In this document: positions 20,978 to 31,124 of the stretch, piece by piece
Numbering within the stretch: the first letter of the stretch is position 1
Layout of the letters: each line of letters starts with the position of its first letter
Source: Candidatus Latescibacterota bacterium
GTDB taxonomy: Bacteria; Latescibacterota; UBA2968
Reading direction: 5' to 3'
Assembly (NCBI GenBank): GCA_965198115.1
Contig: OZ240241.1
Location: forward strand, 1,248,001-1,312,000
DNA length: 64,000 nt
Position numbers and translations under genes: made by a program
Notes under the pieces: generated by a model
Databases searched by the model: none
The model's input: the letters and a program-made list of their open reading frames with translations, nothing else
Told to the model about the DNA's origin: nothing

Positions 20978-21934
20978 GGTGACCAGATTCTGGGGGCGGC
21001 CCTCCAGGAAGGCGATGGCGTTGTCCACGGCTCCCCCATTGAGGAGGTCGACACCCTCAGGCGTCATATCGGCGCAATGGGGTGTGAGCACGACGTGATC
21101 GCAGGAAAACAAGGGGTGGTCGGTCGGTGTCGGTTCGTCGTCGAAGACGTCGATGCCCGCGCCACCCAGATGCCCTGAGTTCAGGGCATCGGCCAACGCT
21201 GGCGTGTCTACGATCGGACCCCTCGCGCCGTTTAAAAGCATCGCCCCCTGTTTCATCGATGCCAACTCTTCACGTCCGATCAGGCCCCGGCTGTCGTCCG
21301 TGAGCTTGACGTGGATGCTGATGACGTCTGATTCGGTCAACACCTCTTCAAGGCTCTTGAACGTCACACCCAGAGCTGCCGCTCTTTCGACAGTGGGATT
21401 GTAGGTCCAAGCAATCACGTCCATCCCGACCGCCCAACCGAGCCGGGCCATCTCCCCCCCGATGGCCCCTGTCCCCAAAACCCCGAGCGTCTTGCCCTGA
21501 ATCATCGTCAGATCGATACGAGGCCAACGACCCGCCTTCATCTCCGCGGTCATGAACGACGTGCGTCTCGCCACTGCGAACATCAGTGCGAGCATGTGTT
21601 CTGCGACGACCGGCGCCGTTCGGCCCGGTTGATTGCTGATCATGACGTTGTGGCGTCGCGCAGCCTCCAGGTCGAACATATCCGTGCCGATCGAACAGGA
21701 TGTGATAAACTCCAGATCGGGCAGCTGCGAAAATTCATCCTCGCCCCAAGTCACCGCACCACGTGTGTTCATGACGATGCGCGCGCCTTCGACCCGAGCC
21801 ACTTTTTCAGCCGTGTCGGCGGGACGATCGGTATGCATCGTGACCTCACCGTAGTCCACCAACCTGTCCAGATGCGGGGAGCCCTGCATTTGCGGCGGGT
21901 CATCCCCCGGTACGATGATTCGAACATCAGGCAT
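20975..21934 (-). CDS. D-isomer-specific 2-hydroxyacid dehydrogenase (SerA-like)
   Basis: GVLGTGAIG, LLNGARG, GIDVFDDEP, LTPHCA. Confidence 0.92.
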   Translation of the reverse strand: MPDVRIIVPGDDPPQMQGSPHLDRLVDYGEVTMHTDRPADTAEKVARVEGARIVMNTRGAVTWGEDEFSQLPDLEFITSCSIGTDMFDLEAARRHNVMISNQPGRTAPVVAEHMLALMFAVARRTSFMTAEMKAGRWPRIDLTMIQGKTLGVLGTGAIGGEMARLGWAVGMDVIAWTYNPTVERAAALGVTFKSLEEVLTESDVISIHVKLTDDSRGLIGREELASMKQGAMLLNGARGPIVDTPALADALNSGHLGGAGIDVFDDEPTPTDHPLFSCDHVVLTPHCADMTPEGVDLLNGGAVDNAIAFLEGRPQNLVT

Positions 21935-21945
21935 GTGTTATTCTC

Positions 21946-23112
21946 CTATTTCGTGACTTCCTTTGAGATCGCTTCAATCAGCAGATCCACTTCGTCCTCG
22001 AGCAGAAAGAAGGGCAGGCTGGCTCGGAGGCCTTCGCACGTCGAGTGAGTGGGCTTGATCACGATATTCCATCGATCGCGCAGAACGTCTGTCAACTCGA
22101 CCGGATCGAGCGGCGTCGTGAAAGTCACGAGGGCGGCCGACCGATCGAAGGCGGGCGGCGTCAGAACGTCGACGCCCGCTATCTCATTCAACCCAGTCTT
22201 CAGGCGCGTCGTCAGAAAGTCGGTCCGTGCCTCGATGGCTTCAAGACCGTATCTGTCCAGAAAGTCTAGGGCGACGGCCCACGCGTGGACTAGAGGCCAG
22301 GACCACGGCCCATACTGAAATCGCTCGGCCGTCGGTTTCGACTCGAACTGATCGGAGTGCCAGTCCAGCATCGACTCGGAACGCCCGCCAGCATAGGTGA
22401 CTCGAAGCGTGTCGAGCCGATCAGGCCTCACATACAGGGCGCCCGAAGCGTAGGGGGCATACATCCACTTGTAGGACAGCAGACCGGAAAAATCACACCC
22501 CAGCGAACCGACGTCGATCGGATAGACCCCAACCGAATGCGCTAGGTCGACGAATGACAGGGCGCCGACTTCTCTCGCGCGGTCGCAGATCGGCCTGGCG
22601 GGCATCCGGTGTCCCGTGTCGGTGGTCACGTGGGAGAATGCGACCAGGCGCGTACGTGGCCCCATTCGATCAGCGAATGCGGCGACCTGCTCGTCTTGAT
22701 CCTTCACGAGCGGCGCTTTGACGACACGAATACCGAACAGATCGCGTACGTGCAGGACCGGAAGGAAAAGAGCGGCTTCCTCTTCCGCCGTGATCAGAAT
22801 CTCATCACCCTCGCACCAGTTCAGCCCGCGCAGAACCGTCTGGAACGCTTCGCTCACCCCTCGAGTCAACGCAAGGTCCCCAGGGGCCACACTCAGGAAG
22901 CTCGCAATCCGGTCGATCGACGCGGTCCGTCTGGGCATCTCCTCGTCGGGATAGGCAATGTGCATCGGCCCGCGTGTTGTTAGTTCTTCCATCAGGGCGG
23001 CGTGGGCGTCTGCCACCGGCCGCGGCGTGATGCTGACACCGCCGTTCTGGAACCAGACGAACGTGTCGAGCGCAGGAAAGTGAGACCTGGCTTCTTGGAC
23101 GTCGATCGTCAT
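21946..23112 (-). CDS. class V PLP-dependent aminotransferase / cysteine desulfurase-like
   Basis: ARSHFPAL, FSHVTTDTG, VDLAHSVG, SYKW (PLP lysine), LRAS. Confidence 0.88.
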   Translation of the reverse strand: MTIDVQEARSHFPALDTFVWFQNGGVSITPRPVADAHAALMEELTTRGPMHIAYPDEEMPRRTASIDRIASFLSVAPGDLALTRGVSEAFQTVLRGLNWCEGDEILITAEEEAALFLPVLHVRDLFGIRVVKAPLVKDQDEQVAAFADRMGPRTRLVAFSHVTTDTGHRMPARPICDRAREVGALSFVDLAHSVGVYPIDVGSLGCDFSGLLSYKWMYAPYASGALYVRPDRLDTLRVTYAGGRSESMLDWHSDQFESKPTAERFQYGPWSWPLVHAWAVALDFLDRYGLEAIEARTDFLTTRLKTGLNEIAGVDVLTPPAFDRSAALVTFTTPLDPVELTDVLRDRWNIVIKPTHSTCEGLRASLPFFLLEDEVDLLIEAISKEVTK

Positions 23113-23205
23113 TTCTGTCGCTAAATTGCTCTGGCTCATACCGGCGTGTATATTCTGTGCTCTTCTGCCGTGACGCAACTCCTTTGACACCAAACAGGAG
23201 GCCGG

Positions 23206-24678
23206 ATGGCCATTGAAAGATTCGCCCGTGTCGGTCATTTCAAGACACCTGCCGAATTCCGTGCCCACCTGGCCAGTCTGGACCTCAACCTTCCTCTCGA
23301 CGACGAAATCCTGACGGCACCGAACTCTCCCCTCGCTGCGCCGTTCGATTACAAGGGCTTCGCGATCGGAAACCGATTCTGCATCCACCCGATGGAAGGC
23401 TGGGACGGCGACACGGACGGCAACCCATCGGACCATACCGTAAGACGCTGGCGAAACTTCGGGTTGAGCGGAGCAAAGTTGATCTGGGGGGGTGAAGCCG
23501 TGGCCGTACGACCGGATGGCCGCGCCAACCCGAACCAGCTCTACGCGGCCGATCATACGAAGGCCGGTTTGGGGCAGCTTCGCGCTGAGCTCCTCGAGGC
23601 ACACGCTGATCACATCGGTCCATCGGACGATCTCTACATCGGACTGCAACTGACCCACTCCGGCCGCTTCTGCCGTCCGAACGACAAGGCTCGTATGGAG
23701 CCGCGCACCCTGTATCGACACCCCATCCTCGACACCAAATTTGGCATCGACTCCGACGATGTCCTCCTCTCAGACGACGACATCAAGGAACTGATCGACG
23801 ACTACCTGCGTGCGGCATCGATGGCTTCCGACCTCGGCTATCAGTTCGTCGACATCAAACATTGCCACGGTTACCTTGGCCACGAGTTTCTGAGCGCGTT
23901 CACCCGGCCGGGTCCCTACGGGGGATCTTTTGAAAACCGAACGCGCTTCCTTCGCGAAATCGTCGAAGGCATTCAGTCCGAGCATCCGTCCCTCGAAGTG
24001 GGCGTTCGACTGAGTGCTTTCGATTTTGTGCCGTTTCGCCCCGATCCGGACCGATCGGAAGGGCGTCGGCTTGGTCCCGGAATCCCGGAACCGTTCGAAC
24101 CCCATCTCCCCTACAGCTATGGATTCGGAGTCGACTCGGACCATCCCATCGATTACGACCTCGAAGAAACCAACCGATTCCTGAGCTTGCTGGAAGATCT
24201 GGACATCCGTCTCGTCAATCTTTCGGCCGGCAGTCCCTACTACAACCCACACATTCAGCGACCAGCCTATTATCCGCCATCCGACGGCTACCAGCCCCCA
24301 GTGGACCCACTTGTCGACGTGGCGCGACAAATCGACGTCGTGGGACAGATCAAGACCGACTTCCCGAACCTCCTCCTAGTGGGGACCGCCTACTCCTACC
24401 TACAGGAGTTCCTTCCCCACGTCGCACAGCGCGCCGTCCGAGACGGGAAGGTCGATTTCATCGGACTCGGACGTGTCGTCCTGTCGTATCCGGATCTACC
24501 GGCCGATGTTCTGCGGGAGGGCACACTCGCTACGCGAAAGATCTGCCGAACCTTTAGCGACTGCACGACGGCGCCCCGCAACGGAATGATTTCAGGTTGC
24601 TTTCCGCTCGACCCCTACTATAAAAAGACCCCCGAGGGCCAAAGCCTCCGGGAGCTCAAGAAAGAAATTCAGACCTGA
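23206..24678 (+). CDS. NADH:flavin oxidoreductase (Old Yellow Enzyme family)
   Basis: [40 protein letters not shown]-terminal CRTFSDC. Confidence 0.92.
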   Translation: MAIERFARVGHFKTPAEFRAHLASLDLNLPLDDEILTAPNSPLAAPFDYKGFAIGNRFCIHPMEGWDGDTDGNPSDHTVRRWRNFGLSGAKLIWGGEAVAVRPDGRANPNQLYAADHTKAGLGQLRAELLEAHADHIGPSDDLYIGLQLTHSGRFCRPNDKARMEPRTLYRHPILDTKFGIDSDDVLLSDDDIKELIDDYLRAASMASDLGYQFVDIKHCHGYLGHEFLSAFTRPGPYGGSFENRTRFLREIVEGIQSEHPSLEVGVRLSAFDFVPFRPDPDRSEGRRLGPGIPEPFEPHLPYSYGFGVDSDHPIDYDLEETNRFLSLLEDLDIRLVNLSAGSPYYNPHIQRPAYYPPSDGYQPPVDPLVDVARQIDVVGQIKTDFPNLLLVGTAYSYLQEFLPHVAQRAVRDGKVDFIGLGRVVLSYPDLPADVLREGTLATRKICRTFSDCTTAPRNGMISGCFPLDPYYKKTPEGQSLRELKKEIQT

Positions 24679-24679
24679 C

Positions 24680-25570
24680 TCAGCGGGACGTGTCGTCGCT
24701 CGCTGGGTGTTCCTTGAGTACGAACACTTCCTCCAGGTTCGAAAAGTTCACACCGGGTTCCAGAATGACCTCCCTGAAAAGCCCCGATTCCTCGTCGCCC
24801 AGATTGACCACGGTGCCGACCAGAAGCCCGTAGGGAAAGATGCCGCCCAATCCGCTCGAAACGACGACATCGCCAACCTCTATGTCGCTTCGAATCGGTA
24901 CGTGGCTCAAGCGAAATGACCTGTCTTCGACCATCACGATGCCCTGCGTCCTCGACGCACGTTGCAGCACCGCGCTCACGCGACAGTTCCGGTCGAGCAA
25001 TAGCTGAACGACTGACGTTCCGTCGTAGCTCTCCAGCACACGGCCGACGAGTCCCTCCGCCGTGACGACGGGCATTCTCTCTTCAACCCCATCCGAGCGC
25101 CCAAGATCGATCAGAATCGTGTTCGCGATTCGATCGGGATCACGCGCGATCACCTTGGCCGCGAGGTAGCCTCCCGTTCCCGCATACCGCTCTCTGAAGT
25201 TCAGCAGCTCCCGGAGACGCTGGTTTTCCAGCTTGGCTTCGCGAAGACGGACCAGTTCCATCGACAGCTGCAGGTTCTGTTCCCTCAACGTCTGGTTGGC
25301 GAATCGCAGATCGGCCAGTTCGATCGGCCACGCGAAGACTTTATGACCCGTCTCGAGCAGGCCGGTCGTCACCGATCGAGCGAGGGCCAGCTTTTCGGAA
25401 TGGCCGAGGCTCATGAGCACGAAAGAGAGAACGACGGAGATTCCGAGGGTGAAGAAAGCCCGTCTCTGACCGATGAACTCGTAGAATCGCTGCAACGTGA
25501 CCCTCACGGCCGGCGAAGGCTTGCGACCGGCACAAACAGAGACGACGCCCGCAGGCGCCGCTCGTCTCAT
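24680..25570 (-). CDS. mreC: rod shape-determining protein MreC (start uncertain)
   Basis: TM segment, ENQRLRELL coiled coil, GLVGRV, SSGLGGIFPYG. Follows mreB. Confidence 0.92.
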   Translation of the reverse strand: MRRAAPAGVVSVCAGRKPSPAVRVTLQRFYEFIGQRRAFFTLGISVVLSFVLMSLGHSEKLALARSVTTGLLETGHKVFAWPIELADLRFANQTLREQNLQLSMELVRLREAKLENQRLRELLNFRERYAGTGGYLAAKVIARDPDRIANTILIDLGRSDGVEERMPVVTAEGLVGRVLESYDGTSVVQLLLDRNCRVSAVLQRASRTQGIVMVEDRSFRLSHVPIRSDIEVGDVVVSSGLGGIFPYGLLVGTVVNLGDEESGLFREVILEPGVNFSNLEEVFVLKEHPASDDTSR

Positions 25571-25587
25571 CGAAAAGGTGCTCGGAT

Positions 25588-26607
25588 CTACATCAGCACT
25601 TTTTGGAAATGGGAGATATCTTCAAGCACCTTTCCAGTTCCACGCACCACGCACGTCAATGGATCTTCCGCCACGATGACGGGCAGGCTCGTTTCCTCCA
25701 CGAGCCGCTTGTCGAGCCCCCGCAGAAGGGCGCCGCCCCCGGTCAGGATGATCCCACGATCCAGAATATCGGCGGCCAGTTCGGGCGGTGTCTGCTCCAG
25801 GTTCTGGCGAACCGCCTCGATGATCGCGCTGACCGCTTCGCCCAGCGCCTCGCGGATTTCCGACGAATCGACGATGATGGTTTTGGGAATCGAAGAAACG
25901 AGATCGAGCCCTCGACACGTATGCTGAATCTCCTGTTCGAGTGCTCCCACCGCGCCGATCGCGCACTTGATCTCTTCGGCACTCCGCTCACCGACCATCA
26001 GGCTGTGCTTTCGCTTGAGGAACTGAACGATGGCGTCGTTGAGTTCGTCCCCCGCGGTTTTGATAGACTTGCAGGTGACGATGCCCGAAAGGGCGATCAC
26101 GGCGATCTCCGTCGTCCCGCCGCCAATGTCGATCACCATCGACCCCACGGCGTCTTCGACGGGCAGGCCGATGCCGATGGCGGCGGCCATCGGCTCCTTG
26201 ATCAGGTAGACTTTGCGGGCCCCTGCTCGTTCAGCCGACTCCCGCACCGCGCGCATCTCAACCGCCGTTACGCCCGAAGGCACGCAGATGACGATACGCG
26301 GACGTACCAGAAGCTTGTTCTTCTGCACTTTCTTGATGAAAAACCGCAGCATCTCCTCTGTCACGTCGAAATCGGCGATTACGCCGTCGCGGAGTGGGCG
26401 CACGACCTCGATGTCGGGATTTTCGCGACCCAGCATCTCTTTGGCCAAGGCACCGATCGCGATCGGCTTGCTCGTTGTGCGGTCGAGAGCGACGATCGAA
26501 GGCTCGTCGACGATGATGCCCTGACCCTTCACGTAAACCAGGGTATTCGCGGTACCGAGGTCGATGCCGATGTCGTTCGACAGCAGGGCAGAAATCGAAA
26601 ATTTCAT
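25588..26607 (-). CDS. mreB: rod shape-determining protein MreB
   Basis: GIDLGTANT, EPMAAAIG, DIGGGTTE, LTGGGALL. Confidence 0.97.
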   Translation of the reverse strand: MKFSISALLSNDIGIDLGTANTLVYVKGQGIIVDEPSIVALDRTTSKPIAIGALAKEMLGRENPDIEVVRPLRDGVIADFDVTEEMLRFFIKKVQKNKLLVRPRIVICVPSGVTAVEMRAVRESAERAGARKVYLIKEPMAAAIGIGLPVEDAVGSMVIDIGGGTTEIAVIALSGIVTCKSIKTAGDELNDAIVQFLKRKHSLMVGERSAEEIKCAIGAVGALEQEIQHTCRGLDLVSSIPKTIIVDSSEIREALGEAVSAIIEAVRQNLEQTPPELAADILDRGIILTGGGALLRGLDKRLVEETSLPVIVAEDPLTCVVRGTGKVLEDISHFQKVLM

Positions 26608-26627
26608 TCTATGCCCTCAATGAACCG

Positions 26628-27503
26628 TCAGTTGAGCAGACGATCCCGAGCCTCTTCGTACTTGTCGAGCGTGCGCTGAACGATGTCATTGGGAAGAGCG
26701 GGCGCAGGCGGGGTGTGATCCCAGTCGAGCGTGTCCAGGTAGTTGCGGACGAACTGCTTGTCAAAACTGTCCTGCCCCCGACCGGGTTCGTAGATCTTCT
26801 GGTCCCAGAAGCGTGATGAGTCGGGTGACAGAATCTCGTCGATGAGGATAATTTCGTCGCTGTCCTTCCCGAATTCGAACTTCGTGTCGGCGATAATGAT
26901 GTCCTTCGACTCGCCATAGTCGCGGGCAAACGAGTAGATCGACAGCGTCAGGTCCCGCAACTCCTCCGCCGTATCTCGATCGACGGTTTCGCACATCTGT
27001 TCGAACGAGATGTTCTCGTCGTGACCCGTCTCGGCCTTTGTTGCCGGTGTGAAGATCGGCTCCGCCAGTCTCTGGGACTCCTGGAGTCCGTCGGGCAGGG
27101 GGATTCCGCACACCGCTCCGGTCGACTGATAGTCCCGCCATCCCGATCCGGTGATGTATCCCCGCGCCACGCACTCGATGTCGATCCGGTCGGCCTTGAC
27201 GACCAGCATCGATCGGCCCTCCAGCTGGTCGCGGTAGGTCGGCAGCGGATCGGGATAGTCGTCCACGTCGGCAGAGATCAGGTGATTTCTGACGAGGCTT
27301 CCCGTTCTTTCGAACCAGAACAAGGACATCTCCGTCAGCAGCTTGCCCCGTTCCGGAATCCCGTTCGGCATCACGCAGTCGTAGGCGGAAATCCGATCCG
27401 TCGCGACGATCAGGAGTTTGTCGCCCAGATCGTAAACATCACGCACCTTACCTTTGACGAGCATAGGTACGTCACCCAAATGGGTCTCGAGTATTTCTGT
27501 CAC
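26628..27503 (-). CDS. purC: phosphoribosylaminoimidazolesuccinocarboxamide synthase
   Basis: GKVRDVY, TDRISAYD, ADTKFEFG, PDSSRFW, DKQFVR. GTG start. Confidence 0.96.
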   Translation of the reverse strand: MTEILETHLGDVPMLVKGKVRDVYDLGDKLLIVATDRISAYDCVMPNGIPERGKLLTEMSLFWFERTGSLVRNHLISADVDDYPDPLPTYRDQLEGRSMLVVKADRIDIECVARGYITGSGWRDYQSTGAVCGIPLPDGLQESQRLAEPIFTPATKAETGHDENISFEQMCETVDRDTAEELRDLTLSIYSFARDYGESKDIIIADTKFEFGKDSDEIILIDEILSPDSSRFWDQKIYEPGRGQDSFDKQFVRNYLDTLDWDHTPPAPALPNDIVQRTLDKYEEARDRLLN

Positions 27504-28234
27504 GTTCCGTCCACCTCTGATTGAATGTTGACTTTGCCGTCGAACACGCACACGCGGCCGGTCGCGAACAACTTCACGACGGCTGGAAAGAAGGTGTGCT
27601 CGACACGTAGGATGCGTGCAGCGAGCGTCTCTGCCGTATCCCCCTGCTCGACGGGCACCGTCTCCTGTGCGACGATCGGTCCGTGGTCGTAGTGTTCGTC
27701 GACCAGATGCACGGTCACCCCACTCTCGCTGGCACCCGACGCGAGCACGGCCTCGTGAACCGCGAGACCGTACATTCCCTGCCCTCCGAACGCAGGCAAC
27801 AACGCGGGGTGCACGTTGAGGATGCGGTCCTGGTAGGTCTCTAGGGTTCGCGGTCCGAGCTTTTTCATGTAGCCGGCGAGCAGGACGAGATCGACACGAT
27901 GCTCGACAAGCGTAGCCCGAATGGCTGCATCGAGATCGTGGGGGCTCGGGTGGGTTCGTCCGCTCAGGTGGGCCCACGCGATTCCGTGGGCCTTCGCACG
28001 CTGGAGCGCTCCGGACCCGCTGTTGTTGCTGATGACGACGGCTACTTCAGCCGGCAACTCACCGGACAGAGATCGAGACAGGACAGCCTGGAAGTTCGTC
28101 CCACCCCCTGAGGCAAGGACACCGAGTCGATAGGAACCGGAGGATACCGAACTCTGCTTGGGGCCCTGCTCAACCAAGAGCGAAGCCCGGGGGAATGCGA
28201 AGGAAAAAGCAGGCGGGGGGAGCGGCAAAAACAC
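27500..28234 (-). CDS. purN: phosphoribosylglycinamide formyltransferase (true start probably downstream of 28234)
   Basis: LASGGGTNFQ, LAGYMK, NVHPALLP, GVTVHLVDEHYDHGPI. Confidence 0.93.
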   Translation of the reverse strand: MFLPLPPPAFSFAFPRASLLVEQGPKQSSVSSGSYRLGVLASGGGTNFQAVLSRSLSGELPAEVAVVISNNSGSGALQRAKAHGIAWAHLSGRTHPSPHDLDAAIRATLVEHRVDLVLLAGYMKKLGPRTLETYQDRILNVHPALLPAFGGQGMYGLAVHEAVLASGASESGVTVHLVDEHYDHGPIVAQETVPVEQGDTAETLAARILRVEHTFFPAVVKLFATGRVCVFDGKVNIQSEVDGT

Positions 28235-28248
28235 CCGTAGACGGCTGA

Positions 28249-28277
28249 ATCATAGGATCTTACACCGACAAAGTCAA
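28249..28277 (-). promoter_or_regulatory. sigma70 promoter of purN-purC-mreBC
   Basis: TTGACT-N17-TATGAT on the minus strand. Confidence 0.65.
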
Positions 28278-28386
28278 GGAAACCCCCAAGGTGGCGCACC
28301 CTCAGAACCCGCGACTATCGTCTTGACAGCTACGTGTTGAAGCCTGCTTATTCCGCCCGACGTTGCGATTCATCACGGAGGTCCGT

Positions 28387-29253
28387 TTGTAGATCAGAAA
28401 AGCGGTTATCCCGGCCGCGGGTCACGGAAGCCGGATGTTACCCGTCACGAAGGCTCTTCCTAAAGAAATGATGCCGATCGTGGACAAGCCCGCGATTCAG
28501 TACATCATCGAAGAGATCGTCGACGCGGGTATCGAGGACATCCTCATCATAACCGGACGCGGAAAGCGCGCAATCGAGGATCACTTCGATCGGAATGTAG
28601 AACTCCAAACCGCGCTCGAGGAACGCGAAAACCGACCGATGCTCGAAACGCTCGAGCGAATCGAGCAACTGGCCGATATCCACTACGTGCGGCAGAAGGA
28701 CACACTCGGAACCGGCCACGCCATTCTCAAAGCCAAAAAGCACATCGGTGACGAGCCGTTCGCCGTCCTGTTTGGCGACGACCTGGTCGTCTCACCCAAG
28801 CCCTGCATCGGCCAGCTGATGGAACAGTATGCCCGATACAGCGCGTCGATCCTAGCCGTCAAGGAAGTTCCGGAAGACACCGTGAGCAACTACGGGGTCA
28901 TATCTCCAAAGGAGATCAACGACGTGTTCCTGGTCGAGGGGCTGGTCGAAAAACCGACGCCTTCCGAGGCCCCTTCCCGACTGGCCACGCTCGGCCGCTA
29001 TGTGTTCGAGCCTGAAATCTTCGAATACCTCGAACGCATCGAACCTGCCGCCAACGGTGAATTTCAGCTGACCGACGCGATCGAGATGATGATTCAGTCC
29101 AAGGCGGTCTACGCGTGCGCTATCGACGGGGAGTGGCACACCGTCGGAGATCTGCTTTCCTACCTGAAGACGACGCTCGCGTTCGCCACGCGTCACGATC
29201 GAATTGGGGAAGATTTCAAGGCCTACCTGGACTCCGGGCTGGATTTCGGCTGA
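28387..29253 (+). CDS. galU: UTP--glucose-1-phosphate uridylyltransferase, in-frame TAG at codon 2
   Basis: GGAGG-N5-TTG TAG ATC AGA AAA GCG GTT ATC CCG GCC GCG GGT reads (M)*IRKAVIPAAGHGSRMLPVTKALPKEM. GKRAIEDHFD and GEFQLTDAI also present. Confidence 0.9.
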
Positions 29254-29459
29254 ACCCCTCTATCGTCCCGACTCTAGCTATGTCGCCTGCGGCGCCATCA
29301 GGTGACAGATGACGATCAAGAGACAGGCGATCAACCAGCACCCCCATTGGAGCATCTTTCCACGGGGGCCTTCGATTCGGGTCCCCAGCATCGTCCCGGC
29401 ATAGCACGCCAGAAAAACGATCGAGACCAAAGCACCCACCAACGTCATCCTGCCCCTCC

Positions 29460-30086
29460 CTATTCACACCGATGCGGGGTTCCCGTCATCGGCACGAACC
29501 GGACGGGCATCACTTCCCTCTGCGAGATTCCTTCGGACCCCTTGTCGACGACGACGAGCATCTGATCTCCGACCCCGATCGGCACGACCAGTCGACCGCC
29601 CGACCCCAGTTGCTCGACGAGCGCCTGAGGCACACGCCCGGGGGCGGCCGTGCCGATCGCCCGGTTGAACGGGGCTGCCTCCCCCCAGCCGGCGTGGCCG
29701 TCTCCGATGCGCACACTGATGTTTTCGTAGCCCATTCCGTCGAGTCTCGACTTCGCCAGACGGCCCAGGTCGGGCAAGACCTCCAACGTGTAGACGTGTC
29801 GCGCGAGCTCCGCGAGAACGGCAGTCTGGTATCCCGACCCGGTTCCGACTTCCAAAACGGTATCCATCGGTTGCACACCCAACAGCTCGGTCATCCGTGC
29901 GACGATGTAGGGTTGCGAGATCGTCTGACCGTTGCCGATCGGCAGGGCGCGATCGTCGAGGGCTTGTGCCCGCCACACATCGGGAACGAACACTTCTCTG
30001 GGCACTCTTAGTAGCGCCTCCAGCACGCGTTCGTCCCGAACACCACGTGATTCGATCTGCTCTTCCACCATCCTCTGGATGGTCAT
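29460..30086 (-). CDS. pcm: protein-L-isoaspartate O-methyltransferase
   Basis: VPREVFVP, GQTISQPY, LEVGTGSGYQ, PVRFVPM. Confidence 0.96.
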   Translation of the reverse strand: MTIQRMVEEQIESRGVRDERVLEALLRVPREVFVPDVWRAQALDDRALPIGNGQTISQPYIVARMTELLGVQPMDTVLEVGTGSGYQTAVLAELARHVYTLEVLPDLGRLAKSRLDGMGYENISVRIGDGHAGWGEAAPFNRAIGTAAPGRVPQALVEQLGSGGRLVVPIGVGDQMLVVVDKGSEGISQREVMPVRFVPMTGTPHRCE

Positions 30087-30131
30087 TCTTCACCTATGAC
30101 CGGACGCGTCTCCCGATTGGCGGATATCAAC

Positions 30132-30163
30132 AAAAAGAGGGCCGCCTCGTGGAGGCGACCCTC
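30132..30163 (-). terminator. intrinsic terminator
   Basis: Minus strand GAGGGTCGCCTC-CAC-GAGGCGGCCCTC-TTTTT. Confidence 0.75.
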
Positions 30164-30183
30164 AATCTTTCATCTGCCGAAAA

Positions 30184-30993
30184 TCACTTGAGCAGCATCA
30201 TTTTTCGAATGTTGCTGAAGTCGTTGGCCGTCATCCGGTAGACGTAGAGGCCACTGGCGACTTGCCTGCCGAGCTCATCGGAGCCGTCCCAAAGGACGTT
30301 GTGGAAACCGGCTTCCATATTCTGATCGACGAGTGTTCGAACTTCCTGGCCGAGCAGATTGTAGATCACGAGCTTGACGCGACCCGCGTCTGGAATCTGA
30401 TAGTTGATTGTCGTCGCCGGGTTGAACGGATTAGGCATGTTCTGGTTCAGACCGTATTCCTGTGGGCGAAGGTCGAGATTGCCGACTTCGACGTTCGTCA
30501 GTTGGTCGACGCTACCGGCCAGATCGACAAGCACGCCTTCGAGAACCTGGAAATCGGTCGGAACGGGTGAGTCCTGCGAGCGGAACACGAATTCGACCAG
30601 GTCGCCCGAACCGTCGGCGCTCTGACCGTTGATGTTCATCGATCCGACGACCACTTCGCCCGGCGTCTTGTTGGACGCCACGAACAGGGTGGTCTCACCG
30701 TCGGTCCCTGTAAGCAGACCATCTACAACCTGTTTGGCTTCGATGAATTCATACCGGGATGCGTCGAACTGGACCGTAAATCCATAGCCTTTGAGGTTCT
30801 TGGCCTCATCGACATTCATCCGGAGGCGAATCAGACCATCCTCTTCTCCATTGTCGAAGCGCTGTAGTTCAACCTGGGCAAACGCATTCTCCCCACCGGT
30901 GATTTCGAGTCCTTTGGTGAGGGTACCTGCAAAGGCAGAGCCTGCCAGACAGAGCGACAGGCACGCGATGTAGATTGTGACTTTCCTGGCCAC
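30184..30993 (-). CDS. secreted protein, cohesin-like domain plus FlgD-Ig/secretion-tail C-terminal domain
   Basis: Signal peptide, LKGYGFTVQFD...GSGDLVEFVF, LNQNMPNPFNPATTINY...IYNLLGQEVRTL...WDG...SGLYVYR...KMMLLK. AGGAGG RBS and TTGACA-N17-TAAGTT upstream. Confidence 0.8.
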   Translation of the reverse strand: MARKVTIYIACLSLCLAGSAFAGTLTKGLEITGGENAFAQVELQRFDNGEEDGLIRLRMNVDEAKNLKGYGFTVQFDASRYEFIEAKQVVDGLLTGTDGETTLFVASNKTPGEVVVGSMNINGQSADGSGDLVEFVFRSQDSPVPTDFQVLEGVLVDLAGSVDQLTNVEVGNLDLRPQEYGLNQNMPNPFNPATTINYQIPDAGRVKLVIYNLLGQEVRTLVDQNMEAGFHNVLWDGSDELGRQVASGLYVYRMTANDFSNIRKMMLLK

Positions 30994-31124
30994 ACTGCAC
31001 CTCCTGTGGGTGGTAACTCCGACCAAGCGGACGGATGGGATGAACCCTCTTTACTCACTATCGACGAATTTTCCCGACCGTTCATGAAAACTTACGGCCC
31101 TCACCCCTCCCTGTCAACCTGTTT

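Noticed and set aside
20698-21054. ORF with DGGNRHAT x4 repeats
   Set aside because: It is a by-product of the 24-bp VNTR and overlaps both the dehydrogenase 3' end and the flgC promoter.
28150-28245. Purine or ZTP riboswitch upstream of purN
   Set aside because: The conserved aptamer motifs were not found.
28390-28392. Genome-wide TAG recoding or pyrrolysine
   Set aside because: TAG is used as a normal stop in pyk, clpB and other genes, and no pyl genes are present here.
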